64,000 nucleotides of DNA from Macrostomum lignano (GCA_002269645.1 NIVC01000061.1:496001-560000), one strand, 5' to 3'. Shown: positions 12,401-25,508, counted from the first letter of the stretch. Program-made: numbers and translations. Notes: generated by a model not told the origin, from the sequence alone.

Positions 12401-14752
12401 GCGTGGCCGGGCAGCTGTAGCTGTCACAAGCAGACAGGATTTCAGGATGATGATGCGGACGTGAACTAGCTGGCGCATCAGAGCTAAGTGGAAATGAATT
12501 AGTGTGGAAATGGCAGGCAGTGAGCAGCAGTGAGTGGCAGTGAGTGTAGAAAATGTCTGAAGAAGAAAGTGAGCCAGAACTTGGGCTCGGCTAGGAAGCT
12601 TTTCGATCTTCTGCAATCGGCAATCTGATATCTGGCACACGGCCTGCCGGACTCGAGCAGGCAACGCCCAACTGGCTTCAATTGCACAGGCTGCTCAGGG
12701 AGAGAGAGGACTCTCAGGCTAATCTAACAGCAGAACAAAATGCCTTACCGACAAACAGCTGGCAGTCAACGTCCGGGAAGCGGGTCTGCAGCTTGTGCAC
12801 CAGCTCAATAACCGGGTCGCGTTCGTCTTGAACGCATAGCAACAATTCCAAGTTCGGATATTGCAGAGTGAAGTGCGACTCCAGATTGCCCTCTAGGAAG
12901 GGATCCACGCCCATGAGGGGCTTGATAATTGACACGCCGGGTAGGTCGCCTTTCACGTCTCCGGCCGTCTTCGGATGATACAGGTGGCGGCGGCTGCGGG
13001 TTCGGGTGCGGTTGCCATGGCGATTGCGGCGTGGCATGGTGCTTCATCATTCGTGGGCATTTGATTTTTTAATGATTTCTCGGGTTTCGAACTGGGCGAA
13101 AGGTGTGGGATTGGATGACTCTCAGGTGTGGTATTCGTATTTGGTGACCCTCAGATGTGGTGTTGGGTGACTCTCTGATATGGTATTTGGTGACTCCAAG
13201 GTGTGGGATTGGATTGGATGACTTTCAGGTGTGGTACTCGTATTTGGTGACTCTCAGGTGTGGTACTCGTATTTGGTGACTTTCAGGTGTGGTATTCGTA
13301 TTTGGTGACTCTCAGGTGTGGTACTCGTATTTGGTGACCCTCAGGTGTGGTACTCGTATTTGGTGACTTTCAGGTGTGGTACTCGTATTTGGTGACCCTC
13401 AGGTGTGGTACTCGTATTTGGTGACTCTCAGGTGTGGTACTCGTATTTGGTGACTTTCAGGTGTGGTATTCGTATTTGGTGACTTTCAGGTGTGGTACTC
13501 GTATTTGGTGACCCTCAGGTGTGGTACTCGTATTTGGTGACCCTCAGATGTGGTGTTGGGTGACTCTCTGGTATGGTATTGGGTTGGGTGACTCTCAGAT
13601 ATGGTATTTGGTGACTCTAAGGTGTGGGATTGGATGACTCTCAGATATGGTATTTGGTGACTCTAAGGTGTGGGATTGGATGACTCTCAGATATGGTATT
13701 TGGTGACTCTAAGGTGTGGGATTGGATGACTCTCAGATATGGTATTTGGTGACTCTAAGGTGTGGGATTGGATGACTCTCAGATATGGTATTTGGTGACT
13801 CTAAGGTGTGGGATTGGATGACTCTCAGATATGGTATTTGGTGACTCTAAGGTGTGGGATTGGATGACTCTCAGGTGTGGTACTCGTATTTGGTGACTTT
13901 CAGGTGTGGTACTCGTATTTGGTGACCCTCAGATGTGGTACTCGTATTTGGTGACCCTCAGGTGTGTTACTCATATTGAGCAACTCTCAGATGTGGTGTT
14001 AGGCGATTCTCAGGCTTTTTGGTTTTGAGACCATTGGGAACTTGGCAGGTGTGGAAATGGGCAATTTGCAGATGTGAAAATTTAATTTGGGTGGGGTTGC
14101 TTAAACACTTCAGTCGTTTGTACGAGTACATTTTTGTTTTATATGTATGTGCTCAAATAACTATTATCTATCAGCCATTCAAGCAGGCTTAGCTTACACT
14201 GTCTAGTTACTTCGTATAAGACGCATAGGGTGCAATAAGTAACTGTTGAAAAGTATTGTTAGCTAACAGTGCAACAGTTTCCGATATGCCAATGAGAAAT
14301 CCCTATTTTCCTAACTAATACTCGTATAAGCATATACGCAGGGGATCAGGGTCCAGAGGCTGGCGGCGAGATTAATTGGGAAAAATGAAATGGCAAGCGA
14401 GGAAGTCCAGTTGCTCGACTTTTTCAAGAGAAGCTGCCTCAAACAGGACTGTGATGAATTGTATCCAATACTACTCGGTCTCTGGCCACAGCTCAAGGCG
14501 CTTATAACACTGCCCAACTCTCTGCTCAAAGTTCACCAGGGGGCTCTTTGACACTGCTGCAAATTCTGAAGCCACGGCCGAGACCAGCAGTTATGCCAGC
14601 CTACTGGCCCTACCAACTTACCAAGTGTACCAGGCTAGGGCAAAGAAGAGCATCTGGAATATCCAAATCACCAGCGGCAGCACCGCCAAAATGAACAAAA
14701 TGTAGGCGATTGTGATTTCGTCCATGATTTCACCCAGCCAACTGGCTACCAT
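9491..14752 (-). CDS. UGCG: Ceramide glucosyltransferase (UGCG/GlcT-1) homolog, GT21 family, about 416 aa, 4 exons
   Basis: Exons 14752-14622 (N-terminal TM helix), 12993-12749 (LPGVSIIKPLMGVDP..NLESHF..CVQD), 11168-10720 (NPMVHNM..TGMSYLVRK..LAEDYF) and 9916-9491 (RMVRW..EPLTEC) join in phase (1251 nt). The order and motifs match human UGCG. Confidence 0.92.
11240..12070. repeat. 15/30-bp minisatellite (atggcgatgatcccaagggcgatg..) with a ~395-bp higher-order duplication
   Basis: Lies in UGCG intron 2. The marker gcgattatcatatgg occurs at 11601 and 11996. Confidence 0.93.
13100..14000. repeat. Composite 29-bp and ~46-bp minisatellites (ggtgactctcaggtgtggtactcgtattt)
   Basis: Lies in UGCG intron 1. 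Two related unit types occur in alternating blocks. Confidence 0.93.
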
Positions 14753-15949
14753 GCCGCAGCAAGTGCAAATTGTGATAAATTCTTAATCATTTAGCTAATC
14801 TTGTAGGGCAATTATTATAATGATGTCTTGCTTATAGTAGTGTTGTGAATCTGATAGACAAATTGACAGCTTGTTAAACAAATTAAATTGCATGTTCCAA
14901 TTATAAAACATTCCAACAAAAATAAATAGCATTTTAAGTCAATGAATTTTGCTGTAATATAAATATGATATAATTTTCTGTTTTTATTTAACATTTTATC
15001 TAAGTAAAACAATGGTTATTAGCTATAATGTCACTAATGCTTACTACATATATGCTTTGATATCAATTGAATAATTTATGATATCATAATACAGCTTTTT
15101 GAAGCCCATTTGGGCTTATGCGCATTGAATTTAATCCAATTAAAACTTGGCATATATTTATTTATATTAGAAGGATAATAGAATGTTCAATTTTTTTATT
15201 TAGTTTTATATTTATTATTATCTATGTTGCAATACATTTTTATCTACCTATTCATTGATTAATTGATATCAAAGTAATAAGTGTCTAGGTCCCAATTAAA
15301 AATAAAAATATTAGGTAATTTTTTCATATTTACTTTACATACAAGGTTACCTTCCTTTTTAGTCTAATTTACTATTTTTAAACTAATAAATGGTTTATAT
15401 TAATGTAGATTCAATTGTAATACAAGCATGTATACAAATTTTTTCTTAGAAGTCAAATATTACTGAAGACTACATTTTTTTGCTTTAATAGTCCTTGAAA
15501 CTTTGAGTTATAAAAACATATAGTGTTTCATTAATGGCTTTTTATAATGAGTATTTTGGATCCAAAATTACAAACTCTGGGCAGTCTGGGGGAATGAGTG
15601 AGTAAGTTGCAGAAACAATAGAAAGGCAAACAAACTTCACATGCTTACAGTCTCTGTTCTTATTGAGTTACAGAGTTGAATCTTTACATTTAGACAGATA
15701 ATGAGTCAATGAATAATTGTGTCAAGTTTGAAGTCAATTGCTTTATGTGGAGCAAACTTGTGGCAGGCAAAAGTTAGTCAATTTTACAAGGTCCCCTTTT
15801 ATGCATCTAGGCCCAGATTGAAAGAGGCAGGCAGAAGTTGGGGTGGCTACCTTGCTCATAAAAAACAGCCTAACTTTAAAAGTGCACAACACTATTCAGG
15901 ATTGACTCTGAGACTAAATTTAATATGATTGTTTCAAAATAGTTGAAGA

Positions 15950-16119
15950 TTGTTTGTGTGGAATTTGAAGACAATTGGTAAAAGTAAAGCAGTGTGAATT
16001 GAGGGTGGGTGCAAAATTTGCTATAATTTGGTTGAGTGGTTTGGGAGTCCATAGCAAAGTAATTTGTACACACACACACACATATATATATACAGAGTTT
16101 TGATTTTCATAGGTAGAGA
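15950..16119 (-). mobile_element. Non-autonomous Helitron-like 5' end
   Basis: A|TC start, then tctctacctatgaaaatcaaaactctg, a short microsatellite and atggactcccaaacc. This is an inverted homolog of 22213-22340. Confidence 0.55.
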
Positions 16120-16830
16120 TAAAAAAGCCAAAAAAATTTTTGGACAAAGAAATTTGTTATGTAAAAAGTATCATTGATATACATTCATTATTAACCTTAA
16201 ATCATAGGCCCTTGGGTCTTGAAGCTTAGGATACTTAGGATAATAGGATACTTTACTAACATATTTAGAGGTCTAATTAAAATTTTTAATTGAGATACCA
16301 AAGGCAAACTATGCCTAGGATATTAAAATAATAGCCATTCTGTTTTTTTGCTACAAAATATTAAATACAAAATTACCCATTGATATTATGAGTTTATAGT
16401 AAGATAATAATAAAATAACAAACATAATTTAACAATAGATAATCAGAGCTAAAAACTGTTAGAAGTATGATTTATGACATAAGGTATACCCATCTAAAAA
16501 AATTCAATACATTTTTTCTAAGCATTGATCTTTTGTTTAAATTTAATTATCAAGTTGTTAATTATCTATGGTATTAAATATAAATTGTAGCTAAATAAAA
16601 AACTATTTGATTAAAAAAATAATCATCTATTAAAATATACTATATTTAGTCTTTAGACATGTCTTGCAATATCTCATGATTTTAAAATATAAGCTTTGTA
16701 TAATATACTTAGCATTAGTCAAAAGTTATACCTTCTAATGACCAAGCAAGATAATTTTTCTTATTTATTGGGTTTGTGAGTGATGCAACTTATTTATGCA
16801 TAAAGCTTATTGCCATGTGGGGATTGTCTG

Positions 16831-17149
16831 GATGACAACATGCTACCATACTAAGCCAATGCTGTAATGCTGTTAGTCATCTAAAAGAATAGCTATACAG
16901 CTGCACACTCTATGCTGGGTTTCCTTGTTCCTATACATAAATCCCATCAAGCTATTAAGCATGTTTAGGACTTCTTAAAATATAGCATATAAAAAGAGAA
17001 TCCACCACAGAATATTGCAAAGCTGTATCATGTCATTGAAAATGCTTGGCAATAGCTTTCCCAAGACTTTTTGCAGTCTCATCAACCTTGGGATGCCCAG
17101 TAGAGTCATTACACTTTTGCATGCAAGGGGATCCTATAAATGCTACTAA
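16831..17149 (+). mobile_element. Decayed Tc1/mariner transposase C-terminal remnant
   Basis: Translates as DDN..PY*A...IKHV*DFLKYSI*KENPPQN...NAWQ*LSQDFLQ...ARG..Y*, which parallels the Tc1 DDNARPH/IEHVWD/RGG..Y pattern. Multiple stops. Confidence 0.65.
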
Positions 17150-18919
17150 GAAGTATGATTCTAACTATATATTGTATAAAAATAATTTATTTTGTGCAAC
17201 TGATATTTATTATTGATTCAATAAACTTTCCCTTTCCTTGCAGGCAGCTTAATTGCATAACTTGAGGATAGAATTGTGAATAAAAAATGAGAAACTTTTC
17301 ATCTCACTTTAAGGATAGAACTTTTGACTATTGCTAAGTATAGGCCTATAACTTTTCTTAATTTCTAGTAGACAAAAGCAATAGACAAAATAACCATTCA
17401 TAGGTTTATACTTAGACACATAAAACAATTGTAGCAAATTAGGCTTAGGATAGGAATCAATACAATTTATACCTGCCTAGGTCTAGGTCACCATGGCATA
17501 GGGTATAGTCAAGGCTGCTAAAGCTTTGACAGAGTACTAGGCCTAGTGCTAGCAATTTTGTCAACTGATACTAATATAATTACTTAATTAGTCCAATAAT
17601 GTCTAACCTGCATCTATGCCATTGGAGGCGGAGCCACTATAAGAGGTCTTGTTATGAACATAGTGGCTGTAGACAGTTACTATAGACTAATTTTAAAAAA
17701 CCATCAATTTAGTTAAGCTCCTCTAAATCTATGTTTTGTAACTTTTATAAGGTCAAAATGAATTTGATTTAGTCTTTATAACTTTGAAAAGATATGAGTA
17801 ATTAAATAAGAACAATATAAATAAATACAACAAATTAGGCCCTATTGCTACATATCATTGAGAACTATGAGGGATGTCAGATGCTTAGTTATCTTGCTAG
17901 TTGCTGCTAATTGACATTGCGAATACAGGCATGAATGAGTCTTTGCTTGTCTTGCATAGAGATAGTGACTTACCAAATATGCTTGCAGCTACTGCTATGA
18001 TGACTAAATAAAATTCATTCTAATTAAAATCAAGCCATAGAAAGGTTTAAATGTGGCACTTGACTAAATCAATTTCATTTCTTTATTATAGGCCTAATTT
18101 TTGCCCTATGCTAAGTTAGCATATGGGAATTATCATTGCTAACCCTGAGTGCTAACTAAATCAAACTCACTTTTCTAGGAATAAACTGGCCAGACTAAAT
18201 AAGCTTCACATATGTCCAATTTTTTAAAAGGTAATGTAACAACAATATCAAAATAACAATAATAATAGCTAATAAATATAAAAATACCTAGAACTAATAA
18301 AAACATTCTAATCTATTTAAATGCCAAATTGCCAATTTAATAACTTTTAGCTATACATTGTTGCCAGATGGATTGTCACTGTTTTGACTGTTGCTAGATT
18401 GTCTGTTGCAGGATTTTTCTGTAACCAGATTGACTAAATAGGCCCTACAGTCACTTGGCAAGTTGGCACCTTGACTTTGAGTTGAGGCCTAAGGGCTTGA
18501 TAGGTGAGTTGACATAATAAATAATAGGGCTGAACAATTTTTTTAGTTCATGGGTGCTTAATACTAATTATAGGGGTTTATGGAATTTTCATCAACTTTT
18601 TTTGTCAACTTGGTTGTTGAATGTTCCAACCCTCATTTCTGCAGTTGACAAATATTCTGAATCTTTTCGTGCCTGTTGATGAAAGTTCCACAGCCAGATT
18701 GAAGGCATCGGAGAACTGCCTTTGTGCATGATTTATTGCGTACGCTATATTGCATATTCAGCATGTGTTGATTACCATTGTGCGATGTTGTTGTGTGTTA
18801 CAATCTGAGCATGAACTAGCTAGCAGATGTACATGACTCGCGAGTTGGCACATGAACACTGAACAGTGTGCACTATGCAGTTTCGACACAATTTAGAGAA
18901 AATGTGTTAGGTGCCACTG

Positions 18920-20035
18920 ATTTGTGGAGTATATATCTACTTGTACACACTTTTTGTTTTGCTGTTACTCGCACAGAATGAACAACAATATTGATAACTG
19001 TGTTGTGTGCCAAGAGGCTATGCACCTGCTGCAAGAAGGTTTGCAGTGCAATCAATGCAAAAAGTGGCAGCATTGTGCGTGCCAAAGTGGTGTTAGTCGC
19101 CAACAGTATCGCCATTTGTAGTAGCTAGAAAGTTTCAAGTTTAGCTGCAGCTTTTGTTGGAAAGAGCTGCAGGAATAACCTAAACAACCAATTGTGCTGC
19201 CTGCACCAGCTATCCAGCAGCTGCAGCAGCCAGCAGTGCCAGCTGTCCAATAGCCGCAGCAGTCAGTAGTGCTAGCTGTCTAGCAGCCATAGCAACCAAC
19301 AGTGCTGGCTGTCCAGCAGCCGTAGCAGTCAACAGTGCCGGCTATCTAGCAGCTGCAGCAGCCAGCAGTGCCGGCTGTCCAGCAGCCGCAACAGCCAATA
19401 ATGCTGGCTGTCTAGCAGCTGCAGCAGCCAGCAGTGCCAGGAGTCTAAAAGCTAGGCTTTTCAGAAGAGCTTTAAGCAGCTAACATAGGCGTAGGCCCAA
19501 TTGCGGAGCCTTTGCAACTTCAAGAAGTGTCATTTGCCGACCCATAGCCACAGCCAATGAAGTAGCCAGCTGCCCCGGAAATGGATTCCTTCCGCATCAT
19601 CCCAAGTGCATCAACAAAAGGAAAAGACATTCTTTTACACAGCATCAATAACCAGGAATTTGTCCTAGGCTTCAATGTAGCAAAGCAGGACACGCGATAC
19701 TGGAGATGCACCAGCTGTAGTGCAGGTTTGCAATGCCTAGGCACGGCAATACAGAAGACAAATGGGACAATTATGAGAGGACAGGCAGCGCACACTTGCG
19801 CTCCATGAATTCTTGAAGGGGAGAAGCCGAAGCTGGTCTCCGAGATAAAATATGAAGCTAAGCGTCATTGGTTTTGCCCAGCAGCAGCGATCATCGAAGA
19901 GAAACTTCAACAGAGCGAAGCACGAATGGCACCTCAGGTGCCAAATGTGAGCACATTAGTGTGCATTGCGAACAAGGGACGCGAAGCTGATAGACCAGTG
20001 CACCCGCAGAATGCAGATCTGACATTCAAAATTTC
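18920..20035 (+). mobile_element. Decayed Mutator-like (PHD + Gln/Pro repeat + FLYWCH) transposase 5' region
   Basis: PHD finger CVVC..LQCNQCKKWQH.C..SGVSRQQY..F.CSFC, then a 33-bp QQPAVPAV repeat, a FLYWCH-like YWRC..C..C.GT..H.C segment and AAAIIEE..P.V..L..ANK.R..RP.HP..D. About 10 in-frame stops. Confidence 0.7.
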
Positions 20036-21252
20036 TTAAGGCCTAGTTATAATTTTCAATTATGCGTCTGGCGTCTAGACCTAGTGGTACCCAATTCATT
20101 ACAGTCCATTTTCATTATCTTAGGGTCTATCTTCCTATCATTTATCATTAATCATTATTAGAGGCCTAGGCCTACTAGATTGCCGCCTAGTTTTACTATC
20201 ACAGGAGGCAGTCATTATAAGTGGCCAATAAAAAATTAGTAACAAGGTAACTAGTTGCTTCGGCAAAGTATTACTTCGATAACAGATGACAGTATATAGA
20301 GGCCGATAACTTCCTACTCGAAGTATATAGACCCGCCGCCGCGCGCCGTAATTAAAATTTTCTAGAACATAATGACTAATTCAAATTTGTAGTTTTTAGT
20401 AATTAAAACAAATAATAATACACAAAATGTAAAAACATTTTAGAATAAGTAAAAAATATCAATATCTTAGTCTAACGGATGTGCCACAACAATTTTTAGC
20501 CTATAAAAATTATTTGACGCAGACAGCATTTTAATTTTAAAATCACTACACTTTGCATTTTTATTCCGCATTAGAAATATCAACAACCGTAATGCCTATA
20601 ACTATTGGCTATATCAATAATCATGGTCATGGAAGATGATTTCCTGTGTAGGATTGTGCAATCAAGTGTAGGATTGCCTTAATAACTTTAATTCCAATAC
20701 CATGGGGCCAATAGGCCTTATTGTCATTGATCGATAAGTTGTAGACTTTAATTTAATAACAACTGATTGGCCTTCGCTTCATGGAATCTTTATTAATATA
20801 ATATTATGCCTATGAAAATTGTAAAACAAATTGGCAATTTTTTAATGCGTGATTTAATAATGTATCAGTATGATAAAACATTGACTAGGCCTAGACATTT
20901 ATTAGGCCTAGTAAAGTAAAGTTAAGCCTAGCCTGCTATTCTAATTCATGTAACTATGTCTATAGTAATAGTATAGTCTTTGTGGCCCACTCCTAAATCT
21001 TACACATGCCAGAAAAATTGGCTTTTGTCGAAGTCGTGATATTTGAAATTGTTATATGCAAGTTACGAGAAAAACAACTAGGCCTAAATTATCTAAATTG
21101 TCATCATCTCTGCATTTAGACAATGCTAGATAGATTCATTAAATTGTAATAGCCTATTGTTATTATGTTTCATTGGCTAAGCCTACACAAGGATCTTGGC
21201 TCTTATAGCAGCAACATATTCTTATTTGCCAACAAATGATTTTCAACTTTAA

Positions 21253-21539
21253 ATCCCTATTGCAGCGCATGGCTTAAGTACGCCAGACGCCTACACAACC
21301 TGCGCCACGCTGTGAAATGACTTACCTGTGAAAGAAACCCTAAAGCAAAATTAACGGTGTGTGGATTGGGTAAACGGCAGGAGTAACTATGACTGTCTTA
21401 TCAAGCCTAAATGCCTCGGCATCTAATTAGTACCGCGCCACGCCGTACTAATCGCCGCGCGCCGTACGCGCCGCGCTGCGCCGTATTAGATCCGCGCCGG
21501 ACGCCGTCCGCCAAAATGCCCATGCGCTGCAATCAGGCT
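21253..21539. mobile_element. 287-bp MITE with 20-bp TIRs and TTAA TSD (Kolobok- or piggyBac-like) carrying a 28S rRNA fragment
   Basis: TTAA at 21249-21252 and 21540-21543. TIR atccctattgcagcgcatgg versus the reverse complement agcctgattgcagcgcatgg (17/20). CpG-rich inside a CpG-poor neighbourhood. Confidence 0.75.
21368..21438 (+). pseudogene. 28S rRNA fragment (~70 nt, helix 69-71 region)
   Basis: gggtaaacggcaggagtaactatgactgtcttatcaagcctaaatgcctcggcatctaattagt versus the conserved 28S GGGTAAACGGCGGGAGTAACTATGACTCTCTTAAGGTAGCCAAATGCCTCGTCATCTAATTAGT. No flanking rDNA. Confidence 0.85.
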
Positions 21540-22212
21540 TTAAATTACATTTTTACCATCTACTTAAAAGATGCAATGCAAGGCCTTGCCCTTGGACTAA
21601 TTCCTATATTAAAGTTAATAGTCTAGCTGAATATTCAAGGTTTAACTAGGAATGAATGCTAGAAAGATTGCATTATAATAGTTTAATAAGATAACTCTAT
21701 AATTAGAAATTAGAAGCAAATAAAAGTTATAGATTAGTTAAATCATCATAATTTTATGACAATTAAGAATATAATAATTTCAACCAAACCTGAAAACTTT
21801 GCCTTTGATATATTGATATATGATAAAAAAAATTGGCTCAAAGTATCTGGTATATAAAATAATCCTCTAGAAAATTATACTACAGAGCTAGAGTATAATA
21901 TAGCTAGGGCCTATTGTATTGCCATATAAAAAACCAAAATTTTGTAATGCAAAAAAGATTCTGTAGTCCTGCCTATATTGTTGCAATGCAAAAAGATCAT
22001 TTATTGTTGCAATGCCTTTTTGATAATTTCTAAACATATATAGGCTTAACACAAGTAAATTTGTTTTTTTTGGCATAAACAATAGTCCTAAACTTGAATT
22101 TATAGTGTAAATATAGGGGTCACTTTTGGCATACCATATATTAGATTTAAGAGTATGGCTTTGTGGGAAAGTTATTTTATTCTATTTGATTTCTAGGCCT
22201 CTCTACTACTTA

Positions 22213-22480
22213 TCTATACCTATAAAAATCAAAACTCTGTCTGTGTGTGTGTGGACATTTTTGATCACTATGGACTCCCAAACCGCTCAACCAAATTACA
22301 CCAAATTTTACACCCACCCTAAACTCACTACAGAGAATGTCTTAGGCTACCTTTAAATTTCTTAAAATGGAAAATGGATGGCAATTGGCAAATCGAGGGA
22401 ATCCAGCATGGTTTGTAAAAGCTAAAGATTTATGAAAAGGCGAAGCGATGCAATGCAATACAACCCTACTAAATTAGGCA
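22213..22480 (+). mobile_element. Non-autonomous Helitron-like element
   Basis: A|TC start tctatacctataaaaatcaaaactctgtctgtgtg. Homologous to 15950-16119. The 3' end was not resolved. Confidence 0.55.
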
Positions 22481-22779
22481 CACCAGGGAAATTTTAGGTT
22501 TCTTTTAAAGGTACCCCTGGTACTGTGTAAATTTTAAATGGCCTCCTAAGAAATGCATATTTCCTTGGTTTTTAGACTGATGCAGACTGCAGTGGAGCTG
22601 AAGATATACAAATTCCTTTCAGGGCTGCAAATTGGCAAGAAAGATGACGTGATCAAAGCATGAGAACAACCATGAGAGTACTACGTCCCACAAACTGGCT
22701 TTCCAAGCAGGGATGGGCAGACTTTTACCTCAAAGGCCAGATAAAGAATCCAGCTCATAGCTGAGGGGAAGATGAAAGT

Positions 22780-23458
22780 GGAAAGAAGAAGGAATAGACG
22801 ATTCAAAGAGAGGAGAGGCGACAGAGGGGATAAAAGAAAAGATAAAAGATAATAGGAGAGATGAGGGGGTGAGGACAATGAGAGAGAGGGGAGAAGAAGG
22901 GAGAGAGGAAAAGCGACAGGAGAGAGTAGAGATGAGAGAGCAGAGAGCTGCAGATGAGAGGAGAGAGGAGACAGCAGAGAGGAGAGCAGAGAGGAAACAG
23001 GTGAAAGAAGAGATGAGAGAGTAAAGGGAAGAGAGAAGAGATAAAGATACATCTATACATCTCTAAGGTTCTAGAGATGAGAGAGGTGGAAGGAGAGATA
23101 AGAGATAACGGAAAGAGGAGAGTGGAGTGAGAGAAGAGGGAGACAGAGTATAGAAAAGGGAAGAGAAGAGAAAAGGAGAAAGGAAAGTGAGGAGTCAAAA
23201 GAGGGGAAAGAAAAGAGTACAGAGGAGAGAGGTAAGAGAACATATAAGACAGAGATGCCAGATTAAAGAGGGGGGATGAGAGAGCAGAGACGAGAGTGAA
23301 CAGATAAAAGATGGGAGAGTAGAGAGAACAGAGGAGAGGTTACAGAGACGAGAGGAGAGAGGAGAGACAAAGGTAGAGAAGTGAGTGAGGAGAGAGGAGA
23401 GGAAAGAGAATGGAGAGGGGAGAGAGTAGAGAGAGAAGGAGAGATAAGAGAGAAAGAC

Positions 23459-23554
<96 letters not shown>

Positions 23555-23830
23555 CAGAGAGGGGAGCAGAGAGAAATGAGAAGAGATAAGAGATAAAAGA
23601 TAAAAAAAGAGAAAGGAATGATGAGAGAGCAAAGACAAGAGAGAAAAGAGGTGAGGGAAGAGACGAGAGAAGAGGGGAGAGATGAGAGAGGAGAAAGGAG
23701 AGGAGAAAGAAACGAAGAGACAAGAGATGAGATAAGAGAGATGAAAGAGAAGAGAGATAAGGGAAGATACGAGAGGAGAGAGGAGAGACAAGGGACGAGA
23801 GAGATGAGAGGAAACAAAGAGACGATAGAA
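22780..23830. repeat. Polypurine (GA-rich) low-complexity tract with a pure (GA)n core at about 23465-23550
   Basis: Direct composition. Confidence 0.95.
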
Positions 23831-24132
23831 ATTTTAAAGGATCCAAGGGACGTAGGGAGAGTCATGGAGAGACCAGAGTTTAGCAATATATGTTTTAGAG
23901 ACAGACAGACATTGCCTGACATTCTGCGCAGTACCCCAGCCAACAATGTCTCAAACCCTAATTTTACACGAATGTGCTCCATTTTATGTCTACCTCTATC
24001 CTACTAACTATTAACAAGTTTTTGTTTGTGTATGGCCTTAGATTTCAGAATACATGCAAAAGTAGTTCCGGGTATTGGAATTCCTCGGGTTCAAAATCCG
24101 CGGGTTTCAATAGCTTGTATATTACATATGTA

Positions 24133-25508
24133 CTTACTACTTACTACTGACGGGGGGCGCAGGCGCCGCGAATAGGCCGCGAGGCCCCTATCGCAACCCC
24201 AAGGTAAAAGAGCACAAGGATTAGCCTTGGGGGTGCGCCCAGTCCCCGCCAGTAGTCGGCAGGTCCGCAGTGGAGGCATCGGCGACCCTCATCCGGCCGG
24301 AGTCCCGGACGAAGGCGCGGAGGTCTCGGATATTGTCCGCGGCGGTCAGCTCGTCCATCCGCTGGGGGTGGCCGAGGTATTTGTGCCGCGCCTTGTTGAA
24401 GTAAGGGCAGAAGGTGACGTGATGCTCCGCGGTCTCCTCTCCTATGCCACAGAAGGGACAGGTGGGAGGGCAACCGGTTTGCAACGATATATGTCTCTGG
24501 AAGAATCCGTGGCCGGTTAGGACCATGCACATCTCCCTGAGGTCGGTTCTGTTAAGCGAAATCAGATAATCAGAGACTTTCCTGTTCAGGTTAGGCATGG
24601 TAGAGCGGCTCTGCCTGTACTCGGTGCAGCTGTTCCAGTGGAGCTGGTGCTGCTGATGGAGCCACCTGTTGATATGGCGGGTGACTTGCGACCTGGGGGT
24701 GGGTAGCCTCATCAGACGGTGGTTGCCGTCTGGGTTGCTGCCCTCCTTGGCGAGAGAGTCCGCGAGCTTGTTGCCCAGGATGTTGCTGTGACCAGGTGTC
24801 CAGATAATTCTAATCCTGTTAAGGACTGAGAGAGATTGCACACTGCGGTGGCATTGAGATACTGTAGCAGCGGAGATATTCTCAGTGGTTAAGGCCTTAA
24901 TAGCAGCTTGGCTATCAGTGTAGAAATTAATGTCAAAATTATTAATGTTCGCCTGAAACAGTTGCTGGGCACACTGCTCAATGGCGCAAATTTCAGCTTG
25001 GAAAACTGAGGTGTTCTCACCGAGGTGCAGACTTTCCTGGAGAAGCATCTTACCCTCGTGGAAAATGGCAATACCCGCTCCAGCGCGGCCGTTGAACAGC
25101 GAGCCGTCGGTGAAGCAGTGAATGCCCTGGCTGCGCCGGTTCACACCGACATCCAGCGGAATGTTGTCTCGGCCAGGGATGGCGGTCTTGAAGCCCCTCC
25201 TGATGTTGAGGGCGGGAGGTCGACTATCCACATTGCCCAGGTCCATGTGGATGTTGTTAAGGTCGCGGCGGACAAAGTCCATATGCGGGATTAATGTTTT
25301 CATTGGCATAAAGCCAGAGGGCGCGTTATTTAACGTTTTATCTCTGATAAGCCGGGAGGCAGACTTCATAGCCTCCGCCCTAATAAATAGGTGAAGCGGA
25401 GGTAGGTTAAGGATAGTGTTCAGCCCCTCGTAAGGGGTGGACGGGTACGCACCTGTGATGGCACGGCAAATGCTGCCCTGAAGCTGGTACAGCCGCTGAC
25501 GGGCGGCC
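24133..25508 (-). mobile_element. 5'-truncated Loa/R1-like LINE (end of RT region, RNase H, Cys/His motif)
   Basis: Open ORF with FTDGS..., EICAI, YTDSQAA, WTPGH..I.GN.LAD.LAK and CPFC..EETAEH..FCP. Tail (gtagtaa)n. 14-bp TSD atattacatatgta at 24119-24132 and 25509-25522. Confidence 0.92.

Noticed and set aside
21368-21438. Functional 28S rRNA gene
   Set aside because: Only about 70 nt match, the sequence is mutated, and it is enclosed in TIRs with no other rDNA.
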